Source of the DNA: Carpediemonas membranifera BICM
Lineage: Eukaryota; Protista; Fornicata
NCBI GenBank assembly: GCA_019828565.1
Contig: JAHDYR010000036.1
Span: forward strand, 1-64,000
Reading direction: 5' to 3'
DNA length: 64,000 nt
This document shows, in pieces, positions 53,455 to 64,000 of the stretch (its first letter is position 1; the number at the start of each line of letters is the position of its first letter). A program made the translations under genes and the position numbers. Below the pieces are notes generated by a model. It was not told the DNA's origin and ran no database searches. It worked only from the letters and a program-made list of their open reading frames with translations.

Positions 53455-54717
53455 CTACGCCATCAGCTCATTCAGCGCCTGTGCATGCTCATGCTTGAGA
53501 AGCTCGGGCACAACCGCCTCGTCCTCCAGGCTGACCTGGATATGTGGCTCTGCACCGTCCAGCCCCGCCTGGCGCTGCTCCAGTGCCACCGTTCTAGTCA
53601 AGAACGTGCACTCTTCCCGGCATATGGCCCATTCAGCGGGGGTCACGCGGTACTGCTTCAGCACTGCCATCATCTCCTTTCGTCCAGTGCCCATCAGACT
53701 GTTTCCAATGTTGATGGAAGTCGGCCGCCTCTCCTCCTCGTCATCGGAGTCGCCCCAGTCAAGACTCGACGCTGACTCTGACGCTGACTCAGTCATTTCC
53801 TGGGGTTGGATCTGTAGGGTGGGGCTCCCATTGACATCTGAGACAATGTCAACCTCCGCATCCATCTTGAGCCTGAGTTGCATCGGCTCGACGTCGTCTC
53901 CGAAATCTGTCTCTTCATCAGTCAGACCCCAGTCCTCCTCGCTCCCTTCCTTCTCGGGCAGGGTGTCGACCTGGGCCTTCGTCTTTCTACTTACCCACGA
54001 CTGCTTCTCCGCGTCGTACTGCGCCTCATGAGCGGGAGCTGGGGCTTTCCAGACGTTCGTATAGGACTTGGCCAAGGCATCGCCATCAACGTCGTCGAAG
54101 TCGTCCATGTCATCTGAGTTGGGTGATGAGATTGGCAATGGTCTTGGCTCCTTTGTCTTGGGCTCACGTGATAGTAACCTTGGCTCAATCCGCTGGGGCA
54201 TAGGCTTCGACTCCTTCTGGACCGGAACCCGCCTGGCACTAGTCAAGCCAGTGCTAGGCCTTCTGTACGGCACCGGAGTGGGGCCGCCTCGCGCAGCTTT
54301 CGTACTGGCGGCCAGCGGCGATTTCCTCGGACTCCGGATAGAGTGGCTCAGCCTGGGGATCGGGTGGGCCGGGATTGGGCGATCGGCAGCGATTGTTGCC
54401 CGAAGGGGGATTTCCTTTCGCTCGAACTGCGTAGTAAGCACGATAGCGGTGTCGATGATGCAGGGTTTTGGACAAGAGACTGACACGATGATTTTGAACA
54501 CAAGACCAGTAGATTCCATCTTTAGGAACACGTCTACAGGATCGCGGGTGCAAACCTCGAACTCCTTGGCGTAATTGGAGCCTCTCTTCATTGTGAGCCA
54601 CAGGTTTGACTGGTATGTGGAGTTTGGCCGCAATATCCCGAAATCTATGTAGGATGGATACACTACAAGGCCTCCTTGAAGTGATGACAGGTGTGTGGAT
54701 CGCGTATGAGCGGCCAT
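53455..54717 (-). CDS. Hypothetical protein, possible N-terminal Ig-like (ASH/PapD-type) domain
   Basis: 420-aa ORF; PSYIDFGIL...Y beta-rich start, then a disordered acidic region. Confidence 0.65.
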   Translation of the reverse strand: MAAHTRSTHLSSLQGGLVVYPSYIDFGILRPNSTYQSNLWLTMKRGSNYAKEFEVCTRDPVDVFLKMESTGLVFKIIVSVSCPKPCIIDTAIVLTTQFERKEIPLRATIAADRPIPAHPIPRLSHSIRSPRKSPLAASTKAARGGPTPVPYRRPSTGLTSARRVPVQKESKPMPQRIEPRLLSREPKTKEPRPLPISSPNSDDMDDFDDVDGDALAKSYTNVWKAPAPAHEAQYDAEKQSWVSRKTKAQVDTLPEKEGSEEDWGLTDEETDFGDDVEPMQLRLKMDAEVDIVSDVNGSPTLQIQPQEMTESASESASSLDWGDSDDEEERRPTSINIGNSLMGTGRKEMMAVLKQYRVTPAEWAICREECTFLTRTVALEQRQAGLDGAEPHIQVSLEDEAVVPELLKHEHAQALNELMA

Positions 54718-55156
54718 GAAATTTTGAAGAGTGCAGTTTTGCCCGGCTCTGAGTAGCGGTTGCCTTACACCTCGTTTGACTAGATCCGGGGTGTTGGCTC
54801 AGCATTGCACTCCGCCAAGATCCCTTCAAGGTCGCTGACCCATCGAATAACGACATACTCGACCAACAGCTTTCTCACTGAGACTTTATTGCAGGGGCAC
54901 GAATCACGATAACAGCCACAGATATCCTGGGCGGCTCGTCCAGATCAATCTTATACATGAGCAAAGTAAAATACCCGCCGACCACAGCAAGGGGGAAGCC
55001 ATCAGGACAGGCTCAAGGGCGACTGCTAGCGTCGGGCGAGAGTCCCCGCACCTGAATATTGTGTGGGAGATGTCCCGTATGGATGTCGCGTGTTTTAAAT
55101 ATGGCACGGTCGACTCGGACGGAGTCGAACAAGTCAGCGAGCGGCGTTTCCGGCGT

Positions 55157-55999
55157 CTACACCCGCTCATACAACTCCCGTCTAATCTGGTTCATGTAAC
55201 GGAGCTGCACAGCCATCTCGAACGCCTCCTTGTCCTGGTCGTTGTCAAGAAGCTCTCCTAGCCGCTCGACTCTTGTAGCAATGTCCTTGTCGACATCCGA
55301 GAGCATGCCAGCGATTGCCTCAGCTGGGGCTTCCTCAATAGTCTCACGGGTCTCCATGACCTCCATGAGGAACATCGGGTCGAGGGGCACTTGTTTGCTC
55401 ATGTGTTCTTCCGAGATATCAAAGCCGCGGCGGGAAAGCATGTAGAAAGCACGCTGTTCTGGGTCCCGGAGGGTCCAGTAGGCCGTGTTGAGGATAGACG
55501 AATGCTCCTCGGCCATCTCAAGCTGATCGCCGCCGTTGCTGTGGAACTTGTCGGGGTGGACATGCATCTGAAGCTTGCGGTATCTCTTCTCCAAGCTCTT
55601 GAGATCCATCTTGAACTTGTCAACGAGTCCAAAGAGCTGGAAGAATGAGGCATCCTTCTGAGGAGGCATGAGGTTGTGGCAGTTGACACAGAAGAAGTCG
55701 AACGGCTTGCGCTTGTTCGAAGAATGGGGGCAGCCGCACGAGCAGCACACGATGCTCCCGGCAGACAGATCGTCGATCTCATAGCTCTCTTCAGAGAACT
55801 GAGGGCATGTCATGCATGTATCAGAGCTTGGCGTCTTGCACTCGCTGCCAAGCTCTTGTGCAAGCGACGGGTTGGCGGAGGCAACGTTTGAAAACAGGCG
55901 TGTATTAAATGTGTTGCTCAGAGCAGGCGCGAATACTGAGCTAGAAAGGAATTGCCTGGTGACTGTTGAAAGCATGTTCTGTCGTCGTGGACCCGCCAT
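55157..55999 (-). CDS. HSC20: Fe-S cluster co-chaperone HSC20/HscB/Jac1
   Basis: Presequence-like N-terminus (alternative ATG 55975), CxxC...CxxC, J-domain LQMHVHPDKF, FLMEVMETRE. Confidence 0.94.
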   Translation of the reverse strand: MAGPRRQNMLSTVTRQFLSSSVFAPALSNTFNTRLFSNVASANPSLAQELGSECKTPSSDTCMTCPQFSEESYEIDDLSAGSIVCCSCGCPHSSNKRKPFDFFCVNCHNLMPPQKDASFFQLFGLVDKFKMDLKSLEKRYRKLQMHVHPDKFHSNGGDQLEMAEEHSSILNTAYWTLRDPEQRAFYMLSRRGFDISEEHMSKQVPLDPMFLMEVMETRETIEEAPAEAIAGMLSDVDKDIATRVERLGELLDNDQDKEAFEMAVQLRYMNQIRRELYERV

Positions 56000-56094
56000 T
56001 TATCGTATACATAACCCAATGTATCACACATCAACCGCGATAAAAATGTTTAACATAGCTATGCAGCGAGCCCATGGCTTCCCAGCCCCGTCAT

Positions 56095-56910
56095 TCAGAC
56101 CTTCCCCTTGTACTCGATCTTAACCTTGGCCACGACATCCTGCGCGGTCATGCAGTCCGGGTAGACCGACTGCCAGTCATTCATGTGCTTGTGGGAGGTC
56201 AGGATGTGGTTGTAAAGGTGCTCTTTTCGAACAAACGTCTCGCCACACTGCGGCATACGGCAGACGAACGGCCTGTCTCCTGTGTGCTTCCGTTTGTGGA
56301 AAATAAGCCTCTCCTTGCGACTAAAGGCCCTACCGCAGCCTTCCCACTCACATATCCACTGGTTCTCGCAGTGTACCTCCTTCATGTGGCGCTTAAGCTG
56401 CCCATTCGTCCCAAATGTTCGCTTACACTGGCTGCAAATGAACTTATCGAACGGGTGGTTCTCATTGACATGCTGCACTATCTGCAGCACGCTCTTGACT
56501 ACGACGTGGCAGTATGGGCATTGGATGTCCATTGCATGGTCGGGCATGTTCTCAAGCTGATCCATTGACGCTTTCATTTCGCTCATCGCAGCATGCATGT
56601 GCGCGTTCAATCGGCGGTCAGAGCCGTTGGGCCGGAGAACAGGCTTGAGCCTGAGGGCGGTTGGCATGGGGGCCTTTGGATGGCTGAGGGACGGCATTGA
56701 GTGGGTATCCGTGCTTATTGGGGGAATGGGCGCGGGCTGCGGGGGACCAAGATGCGCGTTCATCAGAATAGAGGGCTCGCGGAACGGTAGCGTGTCCAAA
56801 TCATGGTCAATTTGCAGTTTGTGGTGATAGCCGGTGGGATCGACGCTGAGATTCGGCGCATCCATCATATGATGACTCTTATCAATGATAAAGTCATCAT
56901 CTCCGAACAT
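56095..56910 (-). CDS. C2H2 zinc-finger transcription factor
   Basis: Four C2H2 fingers with a HTGDRPF linker. Confidence 0.93.
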   Translation of the reverse strand: MFGDDDFIIDKSHHMMDAPNLSVDPTGYHHKLQIDHDLDTLPFREPSILMNAHLGPPQPAPIPPISTDTHSMPSLSHPKAPMPTALRLKPVLRPNGSDRRLNAHMHAAMSEMKASMDQLENMPDHAMDIQCPYCHVVVKSVLQIVQHVNENHPFDKFICSQCKRTFGTNGQLKRHMKEVHCENQWICEWEGCGRAFSRKERLIFHKRKHTGDRPFVCRMPQCGETFVRKEHLYNHILTSHKHMNDWQSVYPDCMTAQDVVAKVKIEYKGKV

Positions 56911-57074
56911 TCGGCGCTGGATGTCTCAAACACAAGCCGTGGATTCCAGTCCAGAAGTCGGCAAAATGAAGTAATCAAATTGCCAAACTGATTGATCTGG
57001 CTGACTAAATGCACCAACAACTGTACTATGCACGATTTACATCCATATAATCATTCAAACCTCCATTCGACTCT

Positions 57075-57924
57075 TCAATAGACGAATACGAATGGATAAG
57101 TACACGGGTCGACCCCAAAGACGATCATGGACCCCGATCGGACACGGATCCTCTGCCCTACGTTCACCAGCTTGGAGTCGACAGTGAATGGGACCACGCC
57201 GACGTTGCATATGCGCCAGTAGCCCTTTCTATCATCGTCTCTTTTGAATGCCTCGTGGAGTTTCCTATCCAGGTACAGCACGGCTTGCTTGGGCGATACA
57301 TAGTCGGGGTTGACCACGTTGGTGAGGTTGATGTGGTTGCTCTTGTCACAACCGATGGTGACCTCCTCCGACGGCACCGGGAGAGATGTCTCGAGGCCCA
57401 TAAGATAAGGGCATGCCTTGCCGGGGTTGGCAGGGTCCGCGTAGTCATAAGTCAACTCCGCCTCGAGCTGTGAAACGAGAGCAAGCTCAGCCTCGAGCCG
57501 GGCGGGCTTGATGAGGTGCCCGCTGTCTGGGATCGTCGCGACGGCCTCGGGAATGCCCTCAGCAACTGCAAGAGTCTCCTTCAGGTCATCTATGGTCTTT
57601 GTGTCGGCGTGAATGGCCTCCTCTTCCTCCATATCCTCGTCTTCGTCGTCATCCTCAGGGAGGTCGGCGGGTTTCTGGTAGGTGGCTGTTGAAGCCACGA
57701 TTCTTCTGTGTTAAACATAATATTGGCATGGGAACGTACTCTGCGTACTCGGGTTCTTTGAGTAGACGCCACCATTGCAAAGCCACCTCGCTGTACGAAT
57801 AACGAGAGCTGAACTGGACTACTTCATGAACAATCTTCAAATCTCGGATGTCTTCAACAGACTGGATGAGAAGCATCACATCTTGTGGGCTCCACACGGC
57901 TCCGGACGCCAAAGCAGCTGACAT
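57075..57924 (-). CDS. MCRS1/microspherule protein-like FHA protein; predicted 34-nt intron 57706-57739
   Basis: WSPQDVMLLIQSV...VQFSSRYS.SEV..QW..LL N-terminal domain plus FHA-like C-terminus; GTACGT...CAG joins the two ORFs in frame. Confidence 0.8.
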
Positions 57925-58343
57925 GATCGAATGAGGAGGTGCAGGCTAAGGCAAGACCCGTTGTGCTCTTGAAGGGTCAAACAATGTGTTTATACTGCGC
58001 AACACTGCCCTGCCTCCCTCTGCTGTTCTCAAGCTGGCTGGGGTATCTTCATAGCCATCTTGAGATTCATGCTTGATTTACGACAACCCCACACTGCTTC
58101 GGCAACATGGGCCGACGCTGATCAGAGTCGACACACACACAGGGGATCGAATCCCACTGCTATTCGATTCTCCGCTCAACAAGGATTCGGCGACCAAATG
58201 TAAGTGGATGTCAGTAAACCGAGTGCTGCCTGACTTTGGAGTGGTAACAGTATTGGGGCTGGCATGGCCGGCCGCAGGGGATAAACACTAGAGTGAGATC
58301 GCCGAATCTTCAGGAAAATTTTGTGCGTTTTTGCAGGGTGACG

Positions 58344-60290
58344 ATGGATCTGTTTTCCTTAGACGACGCAACTACAGACTTCAGCAGCATTCGAGATAGT
58401 TCTGTATCGTCGTTTAGTACCGCAGGCTCGAACATATCATCTGTAATCAAGTCTAAGCCTGTCGCCGTAAGATCAGTTGCAAATGTCCGCCCAAAGGAGC
58501 TTCCAGCAAAGAATAAGCGGCAAATGAAGATCCCAAGAACCCAATTCCCCTGGGAAGCCAGAGGGTCTGGTCAGAACAACCGTCTCTCTCAGCACTCGAC
58601 GAAGCCATCATTCATAATGACCTCCAACCAACCATCAGAAGAGGCATCCACCACTCCCGTCCGAGACATCAGACACCGCGAGCTGAACTCCCGTATCATG
58701 GAAGAAGACAGGCCGCGTACTCACACGGGAGCCCACATCGAGGGCTGGATGGACAGCCCTGTGGTGCACACCCCCAGCCCGAGGAAAGAAGCGGTGGAGA
58801 TGTCGCCCTCGCTGACCAGTAGTACCTCTAGCAAGCGGTCGACTTCTTCTGATTCGAGTCCCGAGTCAAAATACAGCGTCGGGTCACCTGTGGGGCAGGA
58901 GATCTCAGCCTCGGAGAGCCCTGATCTGTTTGGCACTTCGTCTCCTTCTATTCAACTATCACCAACTCCCACCATTACAGTTGAGTCACCCCAGCTCAAC
59001 GCCGAGGGCGACAGCAACGTGACTGCTTACTCGGAGAAGTCATTAACCACCAGCCCTATACCCCCAGCCACGAAAGCCATACCTACCTCACCCACGCCTG
59101 GTAATACATCGCCGTCCGGCCCGCTCATGCCCAGCCCCTCCGCCTCCCCGCCCCCAACAACCAGCTCTGGGGGTCAACCCAACAACTCCGGGTCCTCGGC
59201 CTCGTCGCTTGACTCACCCCAGCCGTTGGGTACGTCAACACCCTTCACGCCAGTAGTGTCGTCACCACTGAAGACACAGGAGAACAGCCGCTCGCAGTCT
59301 CCGACGATGAGCCTGCCGGTTGAGTCCATGAAGGGATCGGGCGTCCCCGTGGTTTATGATTCGCAGGATAGGACCGGTTTCAACAATTTTAATAACTTTT
59401 ACATGAACGAGTCTGATAATGAGCCAATCAACCCGTCCAACATCGCCGGACAGGTTTCTGCCACCACACTCAAGCCAGGCAAGCCAGTCAGGATACCCGC
59501 CCCGCATGAACAAGAAGCAAGCCCGGCCCAACGCGAGCAGGCGCCACCCAATCCTCAGCATGCACCCAACCTTCCCGACGGAAATCACCACGCGAATGTT
59601 ATGGGCGCCTTCGCAACACTCAGCCAAGAGCTGCTCAACTCTGCTGGAGGCATGGGCGGGTCGACCCTTGGCCAGTTGCAAGCACACGGGTCGTACCTGG
59701 CTCTGCTCCAGCTCCAGCTCCAGACCCTGCTCGCCGCGAGCTACTCAGGATTCTCTTCGGCTCAGCAGATGCTTTCGGGGCAAGCCCCCCAGCCCCAGCC
59801 CCAGCCGAGCCATGCTGACTCGACCCAGCAGTGGAGGTACCAGCCCATGGCCGAGCAGAGCTTCGCCCCACCCCCGGTCATGGTCGGCAACCCGCAGTTT
59901 ATGCCTCCCAACATGGCCCCGCCGATGCCGCCTTCTGGGTACTCCTACTTCGGCTATGGCGGCCCTCAGTACAGCACGAGCTCCTACAAGATGCCTGCCA
60001 ACTCGCACCCCCCTGCGTCCATGCGAATGCCGCCGTATCAGATGCCAGGCGCTTACCCCACCCACCCTAGTATGAGCCCCCTGCCCCAGTATTCGCACTC
60101 ATCATACCATACTGCTCATGGCTCATCAAATGATGCGGCAGTCAAGGGCGGCTACCATTATATCACTCTCGAGGACGTGCAAGGGCGCATTGAGGCCATG
60201 CGCCCTCCTGTGCTGACTGAGGAGCAGGCCATGGACTATGTCTCTCGGTATGACGTGCCGCTGGAATATGGAATAGATTGGAACGCTTGA
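58344..60290 (+). CDS. Hypothetical Ser/Pro-rich low-complexity protein
   Basis: ~648-aa ORF from ATG 58344; no recognised domain. Confidence 0.75.
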   Translation: MDLFSLDDATTDFSSIRDSSVSSFSTAGSNISSVIKSKPVAVRSVANVRPKELPAKNKRQMKIPRTQFPWEARGSGQNNRLSQHSTKPSFIMTSNQPSEEASTTPVRDIRHRELNSRIMEEDRPRTHTGAHIEGWMDSPVVHTPSPRKEAVEMSPSLTSSTSSKRSTSSDSSPESKYSVGSPVGQEISASESPDLFGTSSPSIQLSPTPTITVESPQLNAEGDSNVTAYSEKSLTTSPIPPATKAIPTSPTPGNTSPSGPLMPSPSASPPPTTSSGGQPNNSGSSASSLDSPQPLGTSTPFTPVVSSPLKTQENSRSQSPTMSLPVESMKGSGVPVVYDSQDRTGFNNFNNFYMNESDNEPINPSNIAGQVSATTLKPGKPVRIPAPHEQEASPAQREQAPPNPQHAPNLPDGNHHANVMGAFATLSQELLNSAGGMGGSTLGQLQAHGSYLALLQLQLQTLLAASYSGFSSAQQMLSGQAPQPQPQPSHADSTQQWRYQPMAEQSFAPPPVMVGNPQFMPPNMAPPMPPSGYSYFGYGGPQYSTSSYKMPANSHPPASMRMPPYQMPGAYPTHPSMSPLPQYSHSSYHTAHGSSNDAAVKGGYHYITLEDVQGRIEAMRPPVLTEEQAMDYVSRYDVPLEYGIDWNA

Positions 60291-61026
60291 TTTATATGAT
60301 TTATATGTATATAGGCCAAATGGGCAATACAGACGAGACGACATCTTATTATGTGGCAGATAAATACAGCCATCACAGTTTCGGATCCTCCTGATTACCT
60401 TACAGTTTCCTCAAAGGTCACAATTCGGCCTTGACCACTGACTGTTTTGTCGATGACATCGAACCCCAGCTCACCCTGATGTTGGCAGGCTACATTAAGC
60501 CGAACCTCACAGAGGACACGACGGCAGAAGTACTCGCTGTGAGCATGGTGGGGCTGACCCTTCAACAGCGTGCATTATGTTCCTTTTGAATGGCTATGAG
60601 ACGATCCAATTCAGATGTGTTTGGCGATCTTGGCAAGGCATGACTCTCCACATAGTTACATTACAGTTATGACACATACCAACATTGGGCTCTGTTCATG
60701 CAACTCGTCGTCTCACAGCCTTCCCGCGGTGACCTGACTCTCGACCCCAGACCCTTTTGGCTCAGTGGTTTTACAGCACAACCCCCAGACTATCAATCAT
60801 TCTCATTAAGGAAGCACAAGTGGCCCGGAAGTCACGATAACTCGGATAGGAGAAAGCCTCCACCAGGCATGGGCAACCAACCACATGCGTTTGCTCAGGA
60901 ATGGTTGGTCTCGGCCAGCCCTATCTGGAATGGCATTCTTACACTACCATGCCTGCAAGTCAAAGCAATGTGCACAATTAAAATAAGAATTTAAGGGTCA
61001 AATACCTGAATTACACGTATATACAT

Positions 61027-63987
61027 TCAGCGGTGCTTAAGAATGTGCACCGCGTTGTTGACCTGAGCGCTACGAGTTTTCGCACACTTCACGATCTGCC
61101 TCCGCAAATCAGCCTGAGCGTCTTCATCGCTGAGGTCGAGCAGCAGTCGCTCCCTCATATACTCGATGTCCGACTTCACCTGAAGCTCTGGGATTCCTGT
61201 ACTAAGCATCAATAGGAATATGTGGATGAAAAGATCCTTGTTGTCCCTCAGGGTTTGATACGCCGCACAGCAGAGCTCCTCGAACTTCTTGTAATTCGAA
61301 CTGGACATGCCTTCGTCGCCATAAATGACGTACCCGAAGTCCGGGGTGAAAACAAAGGGAGCCCGCTCTCGTCTAAACCCAAACTTGGACTTGAAATTCC
61401 CTAGGAAATGTCCAAAGTCGATATGAAAGAGCTTCCCGTCCACCGTGACCATGATGTTGTCATTGTGACGGTCCCCGATGCCAAGAACATATGTCGCCAC
61501 ACAGTATCCGGCGCATGAGTGGGTGAAGTTCTGCACCGCCTTGGCATATAGCTGCTTGGTGGGATTCTGCCGCTTCAGCCAGTCGGCAATTGGCGTCTTG
61601 CTGAAAGCTGCACGGGCCCCGCCGGCTGCAGCCGTGATCTTGGCGCACGTCTCGGAAGATTTGACGAGTTCAAGCAGTCCCTGCATCCACCCAGTGCTGA
61701 TGGCGTGATACGGCGACAGTTGGAGGTTAAGACCGCGATCCTGCCACAGACGGTCCATCAGACGCAGGATTTGAAGCGTCAGTTGGTCCTGCCGGAGGTC
61801 ATCGCCCGCCTTGAAGAGCACTCCAACGGGGTCGGCGCCGAGTTCAGCATTCTGAAACCACAACATGAGCGGGGCCTTCTTGCTATCCATGACGCGACTC
61901 CGTTCGACGATGAGATCGCGGACCTCAAGTCGGTATGAAAGTGGTAGCCTTGACCGCTCAGGTAGCATCTGATTCAAAGCCCGCAGCTCATTCTGAAGCA
62001 CTAGTTTCCTGAAATCAGGGTCCTCGGACCTCTGCGAGTGGGCTGGCAGGCTGGCGACGTCCAGGGCGATGCGGTGGAGCTCCTTGACAAGCTTTGCCTG
62101 GTGCACGACGTCGTCACGGACAGCAGCGACGCCCGGGATCCCCCTGAGATACTCCTCGAGGATGACGCCGAACCTCTCTTCTGTGGCGGGGGCATGGAGT
62201 TCGGCTTTGACGTGCCAGAAGAACGAGTGCCCAATTGAAAGGGTGTTCCTCAGTGATCGGCAGAGCAGGAAGCGGGCCAGCGCAGAGTCGTGGTAGGGCT
62301 CGAACTTCAACGCCTGCGTCATCTGGAGCACAAAATGTACCAGCCACCGGTCGTCTAGCTCGCTGAGCCGCTCTAGAGCGAACTTGCGGACCTCTCTGTC
62401 GCTGTGTTCGACGTCTAGCAGCTCCAGTGCCCTCAGAGGGTCAAGCTTCCACGTCTTGGTCATCTTTCGGGCCTCAGCGACAGCATATCTGTTGCCCCAG
62501 TTGACTGAGCGAAGGAAGGCCGACAGCGCGCCATGCTCATGCCGGGCCAAGTAGTAGCGGCTACGCCACAATAGGGCGTTGTCATCACTTGAGTTGTCAT
62601 GCAGTGCGGTCCGTGATAAAATCTCACGGATACGGCGGCGGTCGGCCTCTGGAAGGGGGTCTGGGCTTCTTTCGTGTGTCTTGCGCTTGAGTGGGTCGCT
62701 CTTGGAGAGATCCGGGGCGGCATGGACGAACACGGGGCTCTGTCGGGCAGGGAAGAGAAGGGTTGCCACCTGCGGGGCTGGGCTCGTGCGGTTGGCGAGC
62801 GTGGTAGCCATGGGCGACCCCGCTTCGCCCAGCCACAGCGGCACGTGAACGGAGCCCTCCTGGAGCACGCCCTCGACTGTGGCCACTGTGACGGTGCAGT
62901 TTCCCAGGGGCAGCGGTCTCATGAGGCGTCTCCGAGCGAATGGAAGGGGGCCAGTAGCAGCCACCGGGGCAGGCTTGGAGGGGATGTCCGCGAGCGGTTG
63001 TACCCACACTGTGAAGACGAGCCTCGCGTCGGCCGGGATATGTGAGATGGGGAGCGACGGGCCAAAGAACTCGGGCCAGCCAACAGGGGCCAGCTCAATA
63101 CACGAGCCTTCCTTGCCGTAGGGGTCAGGTCTGGCAGGGGCGGGCAGTGGGACAAAGACGGGGACGGAGGAGGACGTGGCGACGGGGCAGAGGGCCTTGG
63201 AGCCGAAGACAAGCTGGACAGAGACGTGTGCCATACCCACCTGGTAGCGGCCGCACTGCTCTGCAGCTGTAACGAGCACCCGACTTGAGATGAGCTCGAC
63301 GATAGGGGCAAGGACGGCGTGGAGCTCGGGTTGGGCGGCCGGGGAGATGATGAGGGGTGCGATAGACGGCACCCGTAACCTTATTGCGTCCTCCACGGAC
63401 CTTGACACGATGGAGTTGCTCGGGCGATTGGGCATGATCGTAAAGAGCCTCGACACTTCCCGTTCGATGGCAAGCGCCTTGTTCTTGTCTGAATCCCCAA
63501 TAATAGCGTTGCTGAAGAGCCCTGACGCCTCCTCCCGCGGGATCAGTGTGAGACAGGGGTTCAAGTTGTCCCGGCGGGCCCTGGCGACGCACTCGTAAGA
63601 GCCAATGGCGTAGTTGCCGATGAGATACTCTGCATACCCCGTCTCCTTCAGTATGTAGTCGTCTGGATCAGTGGAGAGGCCGTCACGCGTCAACATATCG
63701 ACAAGCGTTGACTGGTGATCCCGGAAGAGCTGGGCGAGCGCCTCCTTGATCGTGTGGGACGGGTTGACTCGGGCTTTCTTTCTAAACCGGGCGGGGAGAC
63801 TGGGAGGCACCACGAAATCACAAAAGAATGGTGTAGTGTTGAGATCGGATTGATCGTCCAGCCAGAGCACGCGCTGGTACTTCGCCAGTCGCGTCCTCAG
63901 CGCTTCGAAAGCCCGTTTGGCTGACATAAACTCCTTGGTATCCCGTACAGCCGGCGAGATGCCCAGTAGCTGGTCGATCTCGTCCAT
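61027..63987 (-). CDS. Phosphoinositide 3-kinase, class I-like catalytic subunit
   Basis: RBD-like, C2 and helical regions; MDSKKAPL, FKAGDDLRQDQLTLQ, SCAGYCVATYVLGIGDRHNDN, HIDFGHFLGN, RERAPF. Confidence 0.95.
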   Translation of the reverse strand: MDEIDQLLGISPAVRDTKEFMSAKRAFEALRTRLAKYQRVLWLDDQSDLNTTPFFCDFVVPPSLPARFRKKARVNPSHTIKEALAQLFRDHQSTLVDMLTRDGLSTDPDDYILKETGYAEYLIGNYAIGSYECVARARRDNLNPCLTLIPREEASGLFSNAIIGDSDKNKALAIEREVSRLFTIMPNRPSNSIVSRSVEDAIRLRVPSIAPLIISPAAQPELHAVLAPIVELISSRVLVTAAEQCGRYQVGMAHVSVQLVFGSKALCPVATSSSVPVFVPLPAPARPDPYGKEGSCIELAPVGWPEFFGPSLPISHIPADARLVFTVWVQPLADIPSKPAPVAATGPLPFARRRLMRPLPLGNCTVTVATVEGVLQEGSVHVPLWLGEAGSPMATTLANRTSPAPQVATLLFPARQSPVFVHAAPDLSKSDPLKRKTHERSPDPLPEADRRRIREILSRTALHDNSSDDNALLWRSRYYLARHEHGALSAFLRSVNWGNRYAVAEARKMTKTWKLDPLRALELLDVEHSDREVRKFALERLSELDDRWLVHFVLQMTQALKFEPYHDSALARFLLCRSLRNTLSIGHSFFWHVKAELHAPATEERFGVILEEYLRGIPGVAAVRDDVVHQAKLVKELHRIALDVASLPAHSQRSEDPDFRKLVLQNELRALNQMLPERSRLPLSYRLEVRDLIVERSRVMDSKKAPLMLWFQNAELGADPVGVLFKAGDDLRQDQLTLQILRLMDRLWQDRGLNLQLSPYHAISTGWMQGLLELVKSSETCAKITAAAGGARAAFSKTPIADWLKRQNPTKQLYAKAVQNFTHSCAGYCVATYVLGIGDRHNDNIMVTVDGKLFHIDFGHFLGNFKSKFGFRRERAPFVFTPDFGYVIYGDEGMSSSNYKKFEELCCAAYQTLRDNKDLFIHIFLLMLSTGIPELQVKSDIEYMRERLLLDLSDEDAQADLRRQIVKCAKTRSAQVNNAVHILKHR

Positions 63988-64000
63988 GATGGCGGGATTC

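Noticed and set aside
60290-61027. Gene in the gap before PI3K (98-aa ORF 60698-60994)
   Set aside because: No motif or coding-like bias; cannot be supported.

Overview
Left end of a compact, intron-poor eukaryotic (protist-like) chromosome. 1-444 is a (CCTTA)n / (TAAGG)n telomeric tract. 445-19658 is a head-to-tail array of one Helitron-like (HUH Rep + PIF1 helicase + OTU-like protease) DNA-element family: a 41-bp right-end stub, three non-autonomous copies (527-5583, 5609-10119, 10145-13503; each with ~422-bp tandem repeats, a tRNA-like Pol III cassette and a probable captured gene fragment) and one left-truncated autonomous copy (13504-19658). All four long copies share a right end finishing in telomere-like ...TACCTTACCATAACTTAC. 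That end is joined either to telomeric repeats or directly to the middle of a truncated element (another RepHel ORF, or a chromovirus-type Ty3/gypsy pol at 19659). This looks like a rolling-circle DNA transposon that caps or extends chromosome ends, and is the main candidate novel system; the mechanism is inference. From 22.3 kb inward are ordinary host genes (eIF4E, Sec15-like, WD40, cyclin, bromodomain, WNK, LRRC9-like, REI1, RPLP2, G-beta, DUS1, EMC7-like, Rab5, HSC20, C2H2, MCRS1-like, class I-like PI3K), five of them with 28-36 nt introns, plus a degraded island at 26.6-33.1 kb. All calls are from motif recognition by eye; no searches were run.
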